Below, one piece after another: positions 1-9,194 of a stretch of DNA of 64,000 nt. Source of the stretch: Patescibacteria group bacterium UBA6017 (lineage in GTDB: Bacteria > Patescibacteriota > Saccharimonadia > UBA4664); contig DIZX01000015.1 in the NCBI GenBank assembly GCA_002429485.1, positions 325,488-389,487 on the forward strand, read 5' to 3'. The position numbers and the translations under genes were made by a program. The notes beneath the pieces were generated by a model, which did not search any database, was not told the origin of the DNA, and worked only from the letters and a program-made list of their open reading frames with translations. How positions within the stretch are numbered: position 1 is the stretch's first letter; each line of letters starts with the position of its first letter.

Positions 1-1027
1 CCTTAGTTTGGGCTTTGGTGAAGCCTACATGGACGGTTCGCTCGAGATTCAGGGAGATATCCTTAAGGTCAGCCAGCTGGCGGCCAAGAATCAATCGACC
101 TTCAAGCCGCTAGCAAAACTGTCTAGCCTGAGGCCCCGCCAACCCAACAAGCTGAGGCGCCAACGCAGTCAGATTGCCCATCATTACGATCTGGGCAACG
201 ATTTTTATAAGCTTTGGCTCGATGAGTCCATGACCTACTCCTGCGCCTATTTTCGACATGAATCTGATAGTCTTGAACTTGCCCAGAATCAAAAAGTTGA
301 TCACGTTTTGCGCAAGCTGCAGCTCCAGAAGGGGCAGTCGCTCCTTGATATCGGTTGCGGATGGGGTAAATTACTGATTGCCGCGGCCAAGCAGTACGGA
401 GTACGCGGCCACGGCATTACTCTGAGCGATGAGCAATTTAAGCTTGCTCAGACGCGCGTGGCTGAGGCGGGGCTTTCGGACCAGATCACCATTGAGTTGC
501 TCAATTACCAGGATCTGGCCCGCCGCGACATCACGTTCGATCGTATTGTATCTGTCGGTATGTATGAGCATGTCGGCCGGGGCAATCACGCGACTTACTT
601 TCGAGCCATCGACAAGCTGCTTGCCCCCGGGGGATTGAGTGTGCTTCACACCATTACGAATTCTCAGGCGGAATCCAACGATGCCTGGGTCGACAAGTAT
701 ATCTTCCCGGGCGGCTACATCCCGGCCGCCGCCGCGACTTTGCACGTGCTCGAAGCGCACGGCTTCGAGCTATGGGATTACGAAAACCTGCGCTTCCACT
801 ATGCCCTCACTCTCGAAGAATGGCTCAGGCGTTATGAGGGCCACAAGACCGAAGTGATTCAACGCTACGATGAGCAGTTTTACCGCATGTGGCGGCTGTA
901 TTTGGCCAATTCAGCCACCTCATTTCGTTATGGCAGCCTCAGCTTGTCACAGTTCACCTTCTCCCGTGATGCCCAGCCCGGCCTACCGCTCACCCGCGAG
1001 CATTTGTATGGCAGAAGTCCTAACTAG
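1..1027 (+). CDS. cfa: cyclopropane-fatty-acyl-phospholipid synthase family SAM-dependent methyltransferase (5' partial, runs off window start)
   Basis: CFA-synthase-like motifs (LDIGCGWG SAM-binding loop, YEHVG, YIFPGGYIP). The reading frame is open to position 2. Confidence 0.8.
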   Translation, partial: LSLGFGEAYMDGSLEIQGDILKVSQLAAKNQSTFKPLAKLSSLRPRQPNKLRRQRSQIAHHYDLGNDFYKLWLDESMTYSCAYFRHESDSLELAQNQKVDHVLRKLQLQKGQSLLDIGCGWGKLLIAAAKQYGVRGHGITLSDEQFKLAQTRVAEAGLSDQITIELLNYQDLARRDITFDRIVSVGMYEHVGRGNHATYFRAIDKLLAPGGLSVLHTITNSQAESNDAWVDKYIFPGGYIPAAAATLHVLEAHGFELWDYENLRFHYALTLEEWLRRYEGHKTEVIQRYDEQFYRMWRLYLANSATSFRYGSLSLSQFTFSRDAQPGLPLTREHLYGRSPN

Positions 1028-1084
1028 TGGCGCCGCGCTACCAGATTCAGCGTATTCTCAGCGAAATCGGACTAGAATTAGACT

Positions 1085-1768
1085 ATGAGAATTTTAGTTG
1101 TGGAAGATGAGCATAAAATTGCGGCGGCCATAAAGCGCGGCCTTGAGCAGGAGTCCTACGCCGTGGACGCTGTCTACGACGGCGACGAAGGCCTTTCGAG
1201 CGCGCTAACCGACGAATACGACGTGATCGTGCTCGATCGAATGCTCCCCGGCCTCCTCGATGGCGCCGATATCTGCAAGGAAGTTCGCGCCAACGGCATT
1301 CGTACCCCCATCCTGATGCTGACCGCCAAAGACAAAATTTCCGACCGGGTTGAGGGTCTCAATTCCGGCGCCGATGATTACCTCGTGAAGCCGTTTGCCT
1401 TCGAGGAGCTCCTCGCCCGCATCCGTGCCTTGCTGCGCCGCCCTCAGGATCATCTCGGCAACGTCCTCGCCCTCGATGATCTCTCCCTCGATGTAGCTAC
1501 TTATGAGGTTCGCCGTTCCGGTCGGAGCGTGAAGTTGTCTCAACGCGAATACGCCTTGCTTGAATACCTCCTACGCAACCAAAACCGCATTCTCTCCAAG
1601 GCGAACATTATCAGCCACGTTTGGGACTACGATGCGGACATTTTGCCCAATACGCTTGAAGTTTATATCGGCTATCTACGGGCAAAAATTGAACGCCCCT
1701 TCAAAGGGCCTGAACTGATCCATACCGTCCGGGGATTTGGGTATAAGCTCTCGACCTCAAATGATTAA
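1085..1768 (+). CDS. OmpR-family response regulator (receiver + winged-helix)
   Basis: MRILVVEDE...D...LTAKD receiver motifs; C-terminal winged helix (VKLSQREYALLEYL...GYRL). Confidence 0.9.
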   Translation: MRILVVEDEHKIAAAIKRGLEQESYAVDAVYDGDEGLSSALTDEYDVIVLDRMLPGLLDGADICKEVRANGIRTPILMLTAKDKISDRVEGLNSGADDYLVKPFAFEELLARIRALLRRPQDHLGNVLALDDLSLDVATYEVRRSGRSVKLSQREYALLEYLLRNQNRILSKANIISHVWDYDADILPNTLEVYIGYLRAKIERPFKGPELIHTVRGFGYKLSTSND

Positions 1769-2798
1769 GTCAGCCGCCTTCAAGCTCACGCTCTGGTACC
1801 TGGGCATCATTTTGGTGTTGTGTGGGCTTTTCAGCGTAGCCCTGTACCGTGAATCAGCCATGCAGCTCGACGAAAACGCCGCTCATCAACGAATAGCGAT
1901 TTCTCGCCTGCCACTCCCGGATATATTTGAATCCCGCCGCACTGAATTCCTCCAAAATATGGACAATCAGCTCGATGATGACCATCGCCGGTTAGTGCTG
2001 AGGTTGGTCGTGTTGAATCTCGCAACGCTTCTACTCGGCGGCGTGGCGGCCTACGCCCTGGCCCGCCGCACCCTTCGCCCAATTCAGAGGTCCATGGAAG
2101 CTCAGGGGCGCTTCACCGCCGATGCCTCGCACGAGCTGCGCACCCCGCTGACGGCCATGCGTACCGAAATCGAGGTTGCCTTGCGCGAGAAACAGCTCAG
2201 TACCGCTGAGGCGCGCGGTCTTTTGGCCAGTAACCTCGAGGAGATCGCCAAGCTCGAGAGCTTATCGGCTGGCTTACTCCGGTTGGCTAGATTCGATAGC
2301 GGCCTGAATCCGGCCGCTATCAGCCAGATCCCCGTCAGAGAGCTGTTCGACGAGGCCGTTCACCGCTTTCAGTCTCGAATTACGCAGCGCAAGGTCAAGC
2401 TAGACATTCAGTCCGGCGACGAAACCGTGGCGGGGGACCGTGATAGTTTGATCGAGCTTATTGCGATTTTGCTCGACAATGCCATTAAATATAGCGCGTC
2501 AGGCTCCAAGATTACGTTGGGTAGCAGCGCCGCCGGACATAGCGTGGGGATGAGCGTGTCCGACGAAGGCAGCGGCATCAAACCCGCCGATATACCTCAC
2601 ATTTTCGACCGCTTCTACCGCGCCGACAGTTCTCGCTCAAAAGGGCACATCGATGGCTACGGCCTCGGGCTGTCTATCGCCAAGCGTATCGCCGACATTC
2701 ATCACGGGCACATTGCCGTCGAGAGCGTACCAGACAAAGGTACGACCTTCCGCATCAAAATCCCAGTGCATTACGTCCCCAAAAAGAGCCTGTTTTAG
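1761..2798 (+). CDS. sensor histidine kinase (HAMP-HisKA-HATPase_c)
   Basis: H-box SHELRTPLTAMR; N and G boxes (LLDNAIKYS, GYGLGLSIAKRI); two N-terminal TM helices. ATG 1761 overlaps the RR stop (ATGATTAA); the track start at 1737 is the alternative. Confidence 0.85.
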   Translation: MIKSAAFKLTLWYLGIILVLCGLFSVALYRESAMQLDENAAHQRIAISRLPLPDIFESRRTEFLQNMDNQLDDDHRRLVLRLVVLNLATLLLGGVAAYALARRTLRPIQRSMEAQGRFTADASHELRTPLTAMRTEIEVALREKQLSTAEARGLLASNLEEIAKLESLSAGLLRLARFDSGLNPAAISQIPVRELFDEAVHRFQSRITQRKVKLDIQSGDETVAGDRDSLIELIAILLDNAIKYSASGSKITLGSSAAGHSVGMSVSDEGSGIKPADIPHIFDRFYRADSSRSKGHIDGYGLGLSIAKRIADIHHGHIAVESVPDKGTTFRIKIPVHYVPKKSLF

Positions 2799-2813
2799 AG
2801 CTACCCTAGCAAC

Positions 2814-2923
2814 GCCGTTAAGGGCACGCGCGAGTGGTGCAGCGAGCGCCCGACAAGACAACGCATCACTTAGCAAAGGGGTAGAGTTAGTGAGCAAGCC
2901 AATCGCGCGTGCCTGTACGGCTT
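2814..2923 (+). repeat. copy A of a conserved structured intergenic element (candidate ncRNA/cis-leader)
   Basis: About 85% identical to 5545-5654 and shares its core with 45560-45645. Closing stem ggcacgcgcg/cgcgcgtgcc and inner hairpin ggtgc-agcga-gcgcc. Confidence 0.6.
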
Positions 2924-3007
2924 AAGCTAATAATCCCTCCCTCTAAGCAATTCCTCAGACCACAGCGCCTAAGATTGGTCCAACGACACAATTAAGGAGT
3001 TCAAATA

Positions 3008-4348
3008 ATGAGTACAGTCTCCCGCGGGGTGCGCAATGCCTTTCGCAATCCCATCCGCACCGGCGGCGTCACGATAATCCTCGGCCTCAGTGTAGGTCTA
3101 GCTCTCGTGATGTTGTTGTCACTTAAAGCCGTTCAGGGCCGCATCGATACCGTGAAGTCTTCCATCGGCAACACAATCACCGTGTCTCCGGCCGGCGCGC
3201 GCGGTTTCGATGGCGGAGGTGAGCCGCTCACGCAAGCCCAGCTCGACAGCCTCAAGTCGCTGCCCAACGTCACTGCCGTCACCGGTACCCTCAATGACCG
3301 GCTTACGCCCGTCACCGATACGTCCTTGGCCTCAGCTATCGATCCCGGTACCCTGGGTAATCGCGCCCGCCGCGCCACCAACCCCGACTCCGCCAATGCT
3401 CCTACCGGTGGCCCCCAGCGGACCTTCAGCTTGCCGGTCATGGTCACCGGCGTCGGCGCGGTCACTCCGGCCGCCGTGAATGCTACCAGCCTCAAGCTTG
3501 TATCTGGGACAACCCTCGATGCCGCCGGCACCACCAATACGGCCGAAGTCGGCCAGGCCCTGGCCACCAAGAATAATCTTGTGGTTGGATCTACCTTCAC
3601 CGCCTACACCGGCACCAAGATCACCGTGGTCGGGATATTTGATGCCGGCAATCAGTTTACCAACGCCGGTCTGATGATGCCCATTAAGAGCCTCCAAGCC
3701 TTGTCGGCCCAGCCCGGGCAGGTGAGCTCCGGCACGGTCACCGTAAATTCCGTGACAAACCTCGAGAGCGCTGTCATCGCTATCAAGGCCAAGCTCGGTA
3801 CCGCCGCCGATGTCGTCAGTCAGCAGGATAGCGCCACGAACGCCATCGCCCCCCTCGAAAGCATCAAGACCGTCTCTACATACAGCCTCATCGGAGCGCT
3901 CGCGGCCGGATCGGTTATCACCTTCCTGACCATGCTCATGATCGTCCGTGAACGCCGCCGCGAGATCGGTGTGCTCAAGGCCATCGGTGCTTCGAACATC
4001 AAGATCACCACTCAGTTTGTAAGCGAAGCCTTCACCCTCACCGCCATGGGCGCTGTACTGGGCGTCATCGGCGGTCTCGTTCTGGCCAACCCGATCCTCA
4101 AGGTCCTCGTGACCAGCAATACCGCCACATCGACCGGCGGTAGCTTCGGCGGTGGCGGGGGACGTGGCTTCGGCCGGGCCTTCGGCGCCATCGGCGGCAA
4201 TACTCTTACCACCCTCCAGACCACCATCGGCTTCGATATCCTAGCCTACGGCCTACTCGCCGCGCTCATCATTGCCTTCCTGGGCAGCGCTCTGCCCGCC
4301 TGGTTGATCGCCAAAGTCCGCCCCGCTGAAGTTATGAGAGGAGAATAA
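3008..4348 (+). CDS. ABC transporter permease, FtsX/MacB-like (N-terminal TM, large extracytoplasmic domain, C-terminal FtsX 3-TM bundle)
   Basis: N-terminal TM helix, roughly 250-aa extracytoplasmic region, C-terminal FtsX-type helices with a Gly-rich loop. Immediately followed by its ATPase. Confidence 0.75.
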   Translation: MSTVSRGVRNAFRNPIRTGGVTIILGLSVGLALVMLLSLKAVQGRIDTVKSSIGNTITVSPAGARGFDGGGEPLTQAQLDSLKSLPNVTAVTGTLNDRLTPVTDTSLASAIDPGTLGNRARRATNPDSANAPTGGPQRTFSLPVMVTGVGAVTPAAVNATSLKLVSGTTLDAAGTTNTAEVGQALATKNNLVVGSTFTAYTGTKITVVGIFDAGNQFTNAGLMMPIKSLQALSAQPGQVSSGTVTVNSVTNLESAVIAIKAKLGTAADVVSQQDSATNAIAPLESIKTVSTYSLIGALAAGSVITFLTMLMIVRERRREIGVLKAIGASNIKITTQFVSEAFTLTAMGAVLGVIGGLVLANPILKVLVTSNTATSTGGSFGGGGGRGFGRAFGAIGGNTLTTLQTTIGFDILAYGLLAALIIAFLGSALPAWLIAKVRPAEVMRGE

Positions 4349-4350
4349 TC

Positions 4351-5079
4351 ATGCTTACCGTCACTAAGTTACACAAAACGTTCAATTCCCACGGCAATCT
4401 GGTCACTGCAGTCGACAACGTCAGCTTCACTGTACCCGACGGCATCTTTGCCGCCATCATCGGCAAGAGCGGTTCGGGCAAAAGTACTCTGCTTTCGCTC
4501 CTAGGTGCCCTGGATATCCCAACTTCCGGCAAGGTCGAAGTGGACGGCCAGGACATCACTAAGCTCAGCGACCGCAAGCTCATCCGCTACCGGTTGACCC
4601 AGATCGGCTTTGTATTCCAAGGCTACAACCTTATCCCCAATCTTAGCGCCATTGAGAACGTGATGCTGCCGATGGAATTCGCCGGCGTCTCCACCAAACA
4701 GCGCCGTACTCGCGCCGAAGATCTGCTCGAACAAGTCGGCCTCACCGCCGACAAGCTCTCGCGCAAACCCAGTCGCCTCTCCGGCGGCGAGCAGCAGCGC
4801 GTGGCTATTGCCCGCGCTCTCGCCAACCGACCTAAACTCATTCTGGCCGATGAACCCACCGGCAACCTGGATAGCGCCACGGGTAAACTCATCGTCGACC
4901 TGCTCCACCATCTGGCAAAGAAGCAAAATACTACCATAATCGCGGTCACCCACGATCTGGAAATTGCCCGTCAAACCGACCTTACTCTTAAGTTAGCCGA
5001 CGGTAAGATGACCGTCGCCAGTAGTTCAGCCGCAGTTCCTGAGCCGGCCGTGCACGCTGCCAAAGCGGTTCACGCATGA
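4351..5079 (+). CDS. ABC transporter ATP-binding protein (MacB/LolD-like)
   Basis: Walker [10 protein letters not shown]; signature [15 protein letters not shown]; Walker [13 protein letters not shown]; H-loop. Confidence 0.9.
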   Translation: MLTVTKLHKTFNSHGNLVTAVDNVSFTVPDGIFAAIIGKSGSGKSTLLSLLGALDIPTSGKVEVDGQDITKLSDRKLIRYRLTQIGFVFQGYNLIPNLSAIENVMLPMEFAGVSTKQRRTRAEDLLEQVGLTADKLSRKPSRLSGGEQQRVAIARALANRPKLILADEPTGNLDSATGKLIVDLLHHLAKKQNTTIIAVTHDLEIARQTDLTLKLADGKMTVASSSAAVPEPAVHAAKAVHA

Positions 5080-5522
5080 AACGCTCCGATATTGCCATCC
5101 TAGTGACGGCCGTAGCCCTAGTAACGGGTCTGGCTGGTTTCGGTATCGGTCGTGCCACTGCTGGCAAGGCTCAGGTTGCCACGCCCGGTTTTAGCGATGC
5201 TGGTAGTCAATCGGGCTTCGGCGTCGGCATGCGCCGAGGCGGTCGGCCTACCTTTGGTAGCATCAGTAGCCTATCGGGAAATGCGCTAGTTATTACCGAT
5301 TCGGCCGGGACAACACATAACGTGACGCTTACGAGCACTACCGCTTACACCTCAGGTGACGGCTCGGCCGCCGCACAGTCTGATCTCACCACCGGCACTA
5401 GCGTAGCCGCTTTCGGAACGGCTGCCGCCGACGGCACCGTTACTGCCACTCGTGTCATCATCAATCCGTCCGCCCCTGGCGGCGGCTCCGCACCCCCAGC
5501 CGGCAGCACCCAGGCGAACTAG
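5076..5522 (+). CDS. hypothetical secreted/membrane-anchored Gly/Ser/Thr-rich protein
   Basis: N-terminal TM/signal sequence. ATG overlaps the ABC ATPase stop (ATGA). Low-complexity G/S/T/A composition. Confidence 0.45.
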   Translation: MKRSDIAILVTAVALVTGLAGFGIGRATAGKAQVATPGFSDAGSQSGFGVGMRRGGRPTFGSISSLSGNALVITDSAGTTHNVTLTSTTAYTSGDGSAAAQSDLTTGTSVAAFGTAAADGTVTATRVIINPSAPGGGSAPPAGSTQAN

Positions 5523-5544
5523 CCCCAGCTTTCTCCGTTTTGAC

Positions 5545-5654
5545 GCCATTAATGGCACACGCGAGTGGCGCAGTGAGCGCCCGACAGGACAACGCGTGGC
5601 AAAGCAAAGGGCTCGAGTTCGTGAGCAAGCCAATCGTGCGTGCCTGTATGGCTT
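5545..5654 (+). repeat. copy B of the conserved structured intergenic element
   Basis: Aligns with 2814-2923. Closing stem ggcacacgcg/cgtgcgtgcc (one mismatch, one wobble) and inner hairpin ggcgc-agtga-gcgcc. Confidence 0.6.
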
Positions 5655-5728
5655 GCTCGCATGGTTAGGTCCGCAGACAAACCGAATGTGCGCACCGAAG
5701 TGGCCAATTTTAATGTAATATACTTCTC

Positions 5729-6877
5729 ATGATCAAAAACCAAACCGCCAACCCCATCGAACGCCACCGCCAACTTCATGGCAAAATTCAGACTCAATCC
5801 AAAGCGGAACTCACGCCTCAGAGCCTGGCGGTATACTATACGCCCGGCGTCGGCGAAGTTTCCACGCATCTATCCGCCCACCCCGAAGCGGCGGGGGAGT
5901 TGACCGTCAAAGGCAATAGCTTGGCCGTGGTGTCCGACGGTTCGGCGGTCCTCGGCCTTGGCAACATCGGACCTTACGGCGCCCTGCCGGTGATGGAGGG
6001 TAAGGCTATGCTTTTCAAGGATCTCGGCGGCATTGACGCCTGGCCGCTCGTGCTCGATACCCAGGATACCGAGGCCATTATTGCGACCGTCAAAGCCGTC
6101 GCGCCCAATTTTGGTGCGATCAACCTCGAAGATATCTCAGCTCCGAGGTGCTACGAGATCGAAGAGCGCCTCCAGGCCGAACTAGATATCCCCGTAATGC
6201 ACGACGACCAACACGCCACCGCCATCATCGCCCTAGCCGGCCTCATCAACGCCTTTAAGGTTGTCGGCAAAGACATCTCCAGCTCCTCGATTGTGGTCAT
6301 TGGTGCCGGTGCGGCCGGAAGTGCGATCGCCCGGCTGTTAGTCGACTATGGCGTGGCCAATGTGGTTCTCACCGACTCCCGCGGCATCCTGGGCCCGGAT
6401 CGTACCGACCTCGATCAATACAAGCAGGCCTGGGCCAAAATCACCAATCCTCGCGGCCTCAGCGGTTCCGTGGCCGACGCCATCGCTGGTGCTGATGCGG
6501 TAGTGGCCGTCTCGGTTCCCGGATCTCTCACCCCCGAGCATATTCGGTCGATGGCCCCGCACCCGATAGTTTTTGCCCTCTCCAATCCAACTCCCGAGGT
6601 TGATCCTGCCGAGGCTCATGCCGCCGGAGCAGCCGTAGTGGCCACTGGCCGATCTGATTTTCCCAACCAGATCAATAACGTCCTGGTCTTTCCGGGAATT
6701 TTTCGTGGCATGCTCGACGAGGGCGTGAATAAGGTTACTACCGAGATCAAACTTAGAGTCGCTAAGGCATTAGCCGCCCTTGTCGTCAGTCCTACCGCCG
6801 ATCGAATAGTCCCCTCGGTCTTCGATGAGGGCGTGGCAGCGGCGGTCGCCGGTGCGGTGAGGCGATCCCAGGGTTAG
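5729..6877 (+). CDS. maeA: NAD(P)-dependent malic enzyme (short bacterial type)
   Basis: YTPGVGEV, VVSDGSAVLGLGNIGP, VIGAGAAGSAIARLL Rossmann motif, ALSNPTPE - characteristic malic enzyme blocks. Confidence 0.85.
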   Translation: MIKNQTANPIERHRQLHGKIQTQSKAELTPQSLAVYYTPGVGEVSTHLSAHPEAAGELTVKGNSLAVVSDGSAVLGLGNIGPYGALPVMEGKAMLFKDLGGIDAWPLVLDTQDTEAIIATVKAVAPNFGAINLEDISAPRCYEIEERLQAELDIPVMHDDQHATAIIALAGLINAFKVVGKDISSSSIVVIGAGAAGSAIARLLVDYGVANVVLTDSRGILGPDRTDLDQYKQAWAKITNPRGLSGSVADAIAGADAVVAVSVPGSLTPEHIRSMAPHPIVFALSNPTPEVDPAEAHAAGAAVVATGRSDFPNQINNVLVFPGIFRGMLDEGVNKVTTEIKLRVAKALAALVVSPTADRIVPSVFDEGVAAAVAGAVRRSQG

Positions 6878-6902
6878 TTACTAAGTTAGGTAGATTGAGG
6901 GT

Positions 6903-7460
6903 GTGTCGCTGGGTTATACTATGAGCATGTCTAAGCGTATCCTTTTTGCTATTGCCGCTATATTGCTGGCCGGCGCTGGTATTTTCTTCCGGGCATCTAG
7001 TATGCACACCGCTCGAGATTCAGCCGATAAAATCGTACAGTCCGACGCGGCGTCTGGCAGCGTTTCGGCCGATATTGCCTCCCTCAAGGACTTCGTAAAA
7101 GCTCACATGGGAGCATCGGTTAGCTTTACCCTCAAAGCAGCCTACGATCGCGCGCAGGCCGCAGCCACCGCTGCATCGGCTACCAACTCCAACTCCCAGA
7201 TATATGCCGACGCGCAGAAAGCTTGCTCCGGCAAGAATGACTCCATCACTCTGGCCCGGTGCAACCAACAATATCTGGCACAGCATTTGGCCAGTGCGCC
7301 CGCCCCCGTAGTTGTGCCCGTTCCTTTGCTATCCTACTACCAATACAAACTGGCGTCCCCGGTCTGGACGCCCGATTTGGCAGGAGCATTATTGCTTGGC
7401 GCCATTGTCTCTCTGGGCTTTGCCCTCCCGCTCGGCCGCAAGAAGTCCAGGCGCTCATGA
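6903..7460 (+). CDS. hypothetical membrane protein (N- and C-terminal TM helices)
   Basis: ORF with N-terminal TM, Ala/Ser-rich middle, C-terminal TM and a basic tail. Confidence 0.45.
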   Translation: MSLGYTMSMSKRILFAIAAILLAGAGIFFRASSMHTARDSADKIVQSDAASGSVSADIASLKDFVKAHMGASVSFTLKAAYDRAQAAATAASATNSNSQIYADAQKACSGKNDSITLARCNQQYLAQHLASAPAPVVVPVPLLSYYQYKLASPVWTPDLAGALLLGAIVSLGFALPLGRKKSRRS

Positions 7461-8071
7461 GCTCTCAGTTCTCATTTCGACGGCGCCTCTCACTGGTACT
7501 AATCCCAACTCCGGCTCAGGTACTTTATTGTATTCTGGCGTCCGCAGTCATCATCATTGGCGCCCGCGCCCAGGAGGCGCTCGCTTTGATCGGCATCGAC
7601 AATGCGGCCCTAGACGTGTCCCGGATCGCATTCCATGGCCGGTTCGAAACGTTATTAAATTCGCCGATCTCGCAAACCGCGGCTCTCATAACCTTTTGGT
7701 CTGGGGTAGGGATAATTATATATTTGATCTGCTGGTTAGGGCTCAGCCTATTTAGTCAGGCTAGAAATGAATTAACCCTCACCACCGAGTACGCCAACCG
7801 CGGTCATTGGAGGGGGCCATACGAGACCCTCGCACTCAAAGCCATTGGCGCCGCCGCTCTGGTTACATGTGTAGCCCTGCTCAAGCCGGGCTTAGCATTC
7901 TGGCTCGCAATTGTCGTCGACTATATCGCAGCTCCGAGCACCGGCAAAGGGCTATTTGCGCTCGCCGCTATGCTCGGTTTTGCCGTCCAACTGTATCTGA
8001 TACTGGCGTTTGCATTGGTCACATTTACCCCATGGTACAGGCCCGAAGCATTTACAGAGCGCGAAAAATAG
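7457..8071 (+). CDS. hypothetical polytopic membrane protein
   Basis: ATG overlaps the upstream stop (ATGA). About 5 predicted TM helices. The track start at 7259 is rejected because it overlaps the upstream gene in another frame. Confidence 0.45.
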   Translation: MSSQFSFRRRLSLVLIPTPAQVLYCILASAVIIIGARAQEALALIGIDNAALDVSRIAFHGRFETLLNSPISQTAALITFWSGVGIIIYLICWLGLSLFSQARNELTLTTEYANRGHWRGPYETLALKAIGAAALVTCVALLKPGLAFWLAIVVDYIAAPSTGKGLFALAAMLGFAVQLYLILAFALVTFTPWYRPEAFTEREK

Positions 8072-8163
8072 GCTATAATGGCTGCGTTAAAGTAAAATCG
8101 CCCCGAAGGCGAAATTATCGTCTCAGCCCAGGCTTGGCGATAGCATAAGCGGAGCCAAGTAAA

Positions 8164-8442
8164 GTGGCCAAGAAATTGTTCGTCGGCAACCTGCCGTATA
8201 CAACAACCAACGAAGATCTCGCAGAGTTCTTTGCTAAGTACGGAGAAGTTCTCTCCGCAGCTGTCATCATGGACCGGGCGACCGGCCGCTCGAAAGGCTT
8301 CGGTTTTGTCGAGATGACTAATGACCCCGAGGCTGATGCCGCCATCTCCCAAGGTGATGGCGGTGAGTTCGAAGGACGCAAGCTGACCGTCAGCGAAGCC
8401 CGCCCCAAGACCGAAAGCCCCCGCCCCGAAATGTCACGCTAA
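8164..8442 (+). CDS. RNA-binding protein, RRM domain
   Basis: RNP2 KLFVGNL and RNP1 KGFGFVEM motifs. GTG start. Confidence 0.85.
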   Translation: MAKKLFVGNLPYTTTNEDLAEFFAKYGEVLSAAVIMDRATGRSKGFGFVEMTNDPEADAAISQGDGGEFEGRKLTVSEARPKTESPRPEMSR

Positions 8443-8460
8443 CTAGCACGCGTTTCGTGA

Positions 8461-8492
8461 ATTAAAAAAGAGCCCATCGGGCTCTTTTTTAA
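8461..8492. terminator. bidirectional intrinsic terminator between convergent genes
   Basis: aaaaaagagcccatcgggctctttttta: GC stem flanked by A-run and T-run. Confidence 0.8.
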
Positions 8493-8510
8493 TTGGGCTG
8501 GGCTTGGGAA

Positions 8511-9023
8511 TTACTTCTGGCCGCTGGCCTTGTAGTCTGAGATTGCCTTGGCGACTTTGCCGTCGGTCTTGAGGTTTTCCCAGAAGAGAACCTGCTGTCG
8601 GCTGACGTACATTACGTCCTCGGGTCCGTGAAGTTCACCGCCGAGCTTAGCCAGTGATACCTGCTGGTTGTTGTTGGCGGCGGCTGCGCTGCTGTCCTTG
8701 GGCTGAACGGTCTGCTGTACTTGCAGGTAGTAAATGTCAGTCACTTTTACGTAGCTGCTATCGACGTGTGATACCTTGCCGAAGTAGACCTGACCGTTGG
8801 TGAGGAACACTGCCTGGTACTGCTTGCTCTTAACTGCGCTATCGGCCGTAAGGCTGCCCCAAGCCATCTGGGTGAACCAGGCTAGAATTACTACCGAAAC
8901 TGCTACTAGTAGTCCGGCGAGGAGTTTGCTCAGCTTTCCGCTGTTGCTGCCAGAAACATTCGAGCGTGATGCTCCTGGGATTTCGGCCATTCCACCGTCA
9001 GTTGCTTGTCTGCGTACGTCCAT
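8511..9023 (-). CDS. hypothetical membrane-anchored protein
   Basis: Single N-terminal TM (LLAGLLVAVSVVILAWF) then a soluble domain. Start chosen at MDVRRQ; the track extends to 9077. Confidence 0.45.
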   Translation of the reverse strand: MDVRRQATDGGMAEIPGASRSNVSGSNSGKLSKLLAGLLVAVSVVILAWFTQMAWGSLTADSAVKSKQYQAVFLTNGQVYFGKVSHVDSSYVKVTDIYYLQVQQTVQPKDSSAAAANNNQQVSLAKLGGELHGPEDVMYVSRQQVLFWENLKTDGKVAKAISDYKASGQK

Positions 9024-9194
9024 ACGAAATAGTTCTCCACGTAATCTTATCGTTAGGCTTATGTTACATGAGCACATTACGAGTGTCCAGTGCGCATAAT
9101 ATTGTAAAAAAAATTGAACTCAGCTTGGCTATCATTGATAGAAGCTATATAATCATAACCAGTATAGAGGTGAGATAGGGAGAGCAATTCGCTC

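Noticed and set aside
9078-9194. ctatc-att-gatag inverted repeat next to TATAAT upstream of the atp operon, as a possible Fur box.
   Set aside because: The arms are only 5 bp and the match to the 19-bp Fur consensus is partial. This is too weak to call.
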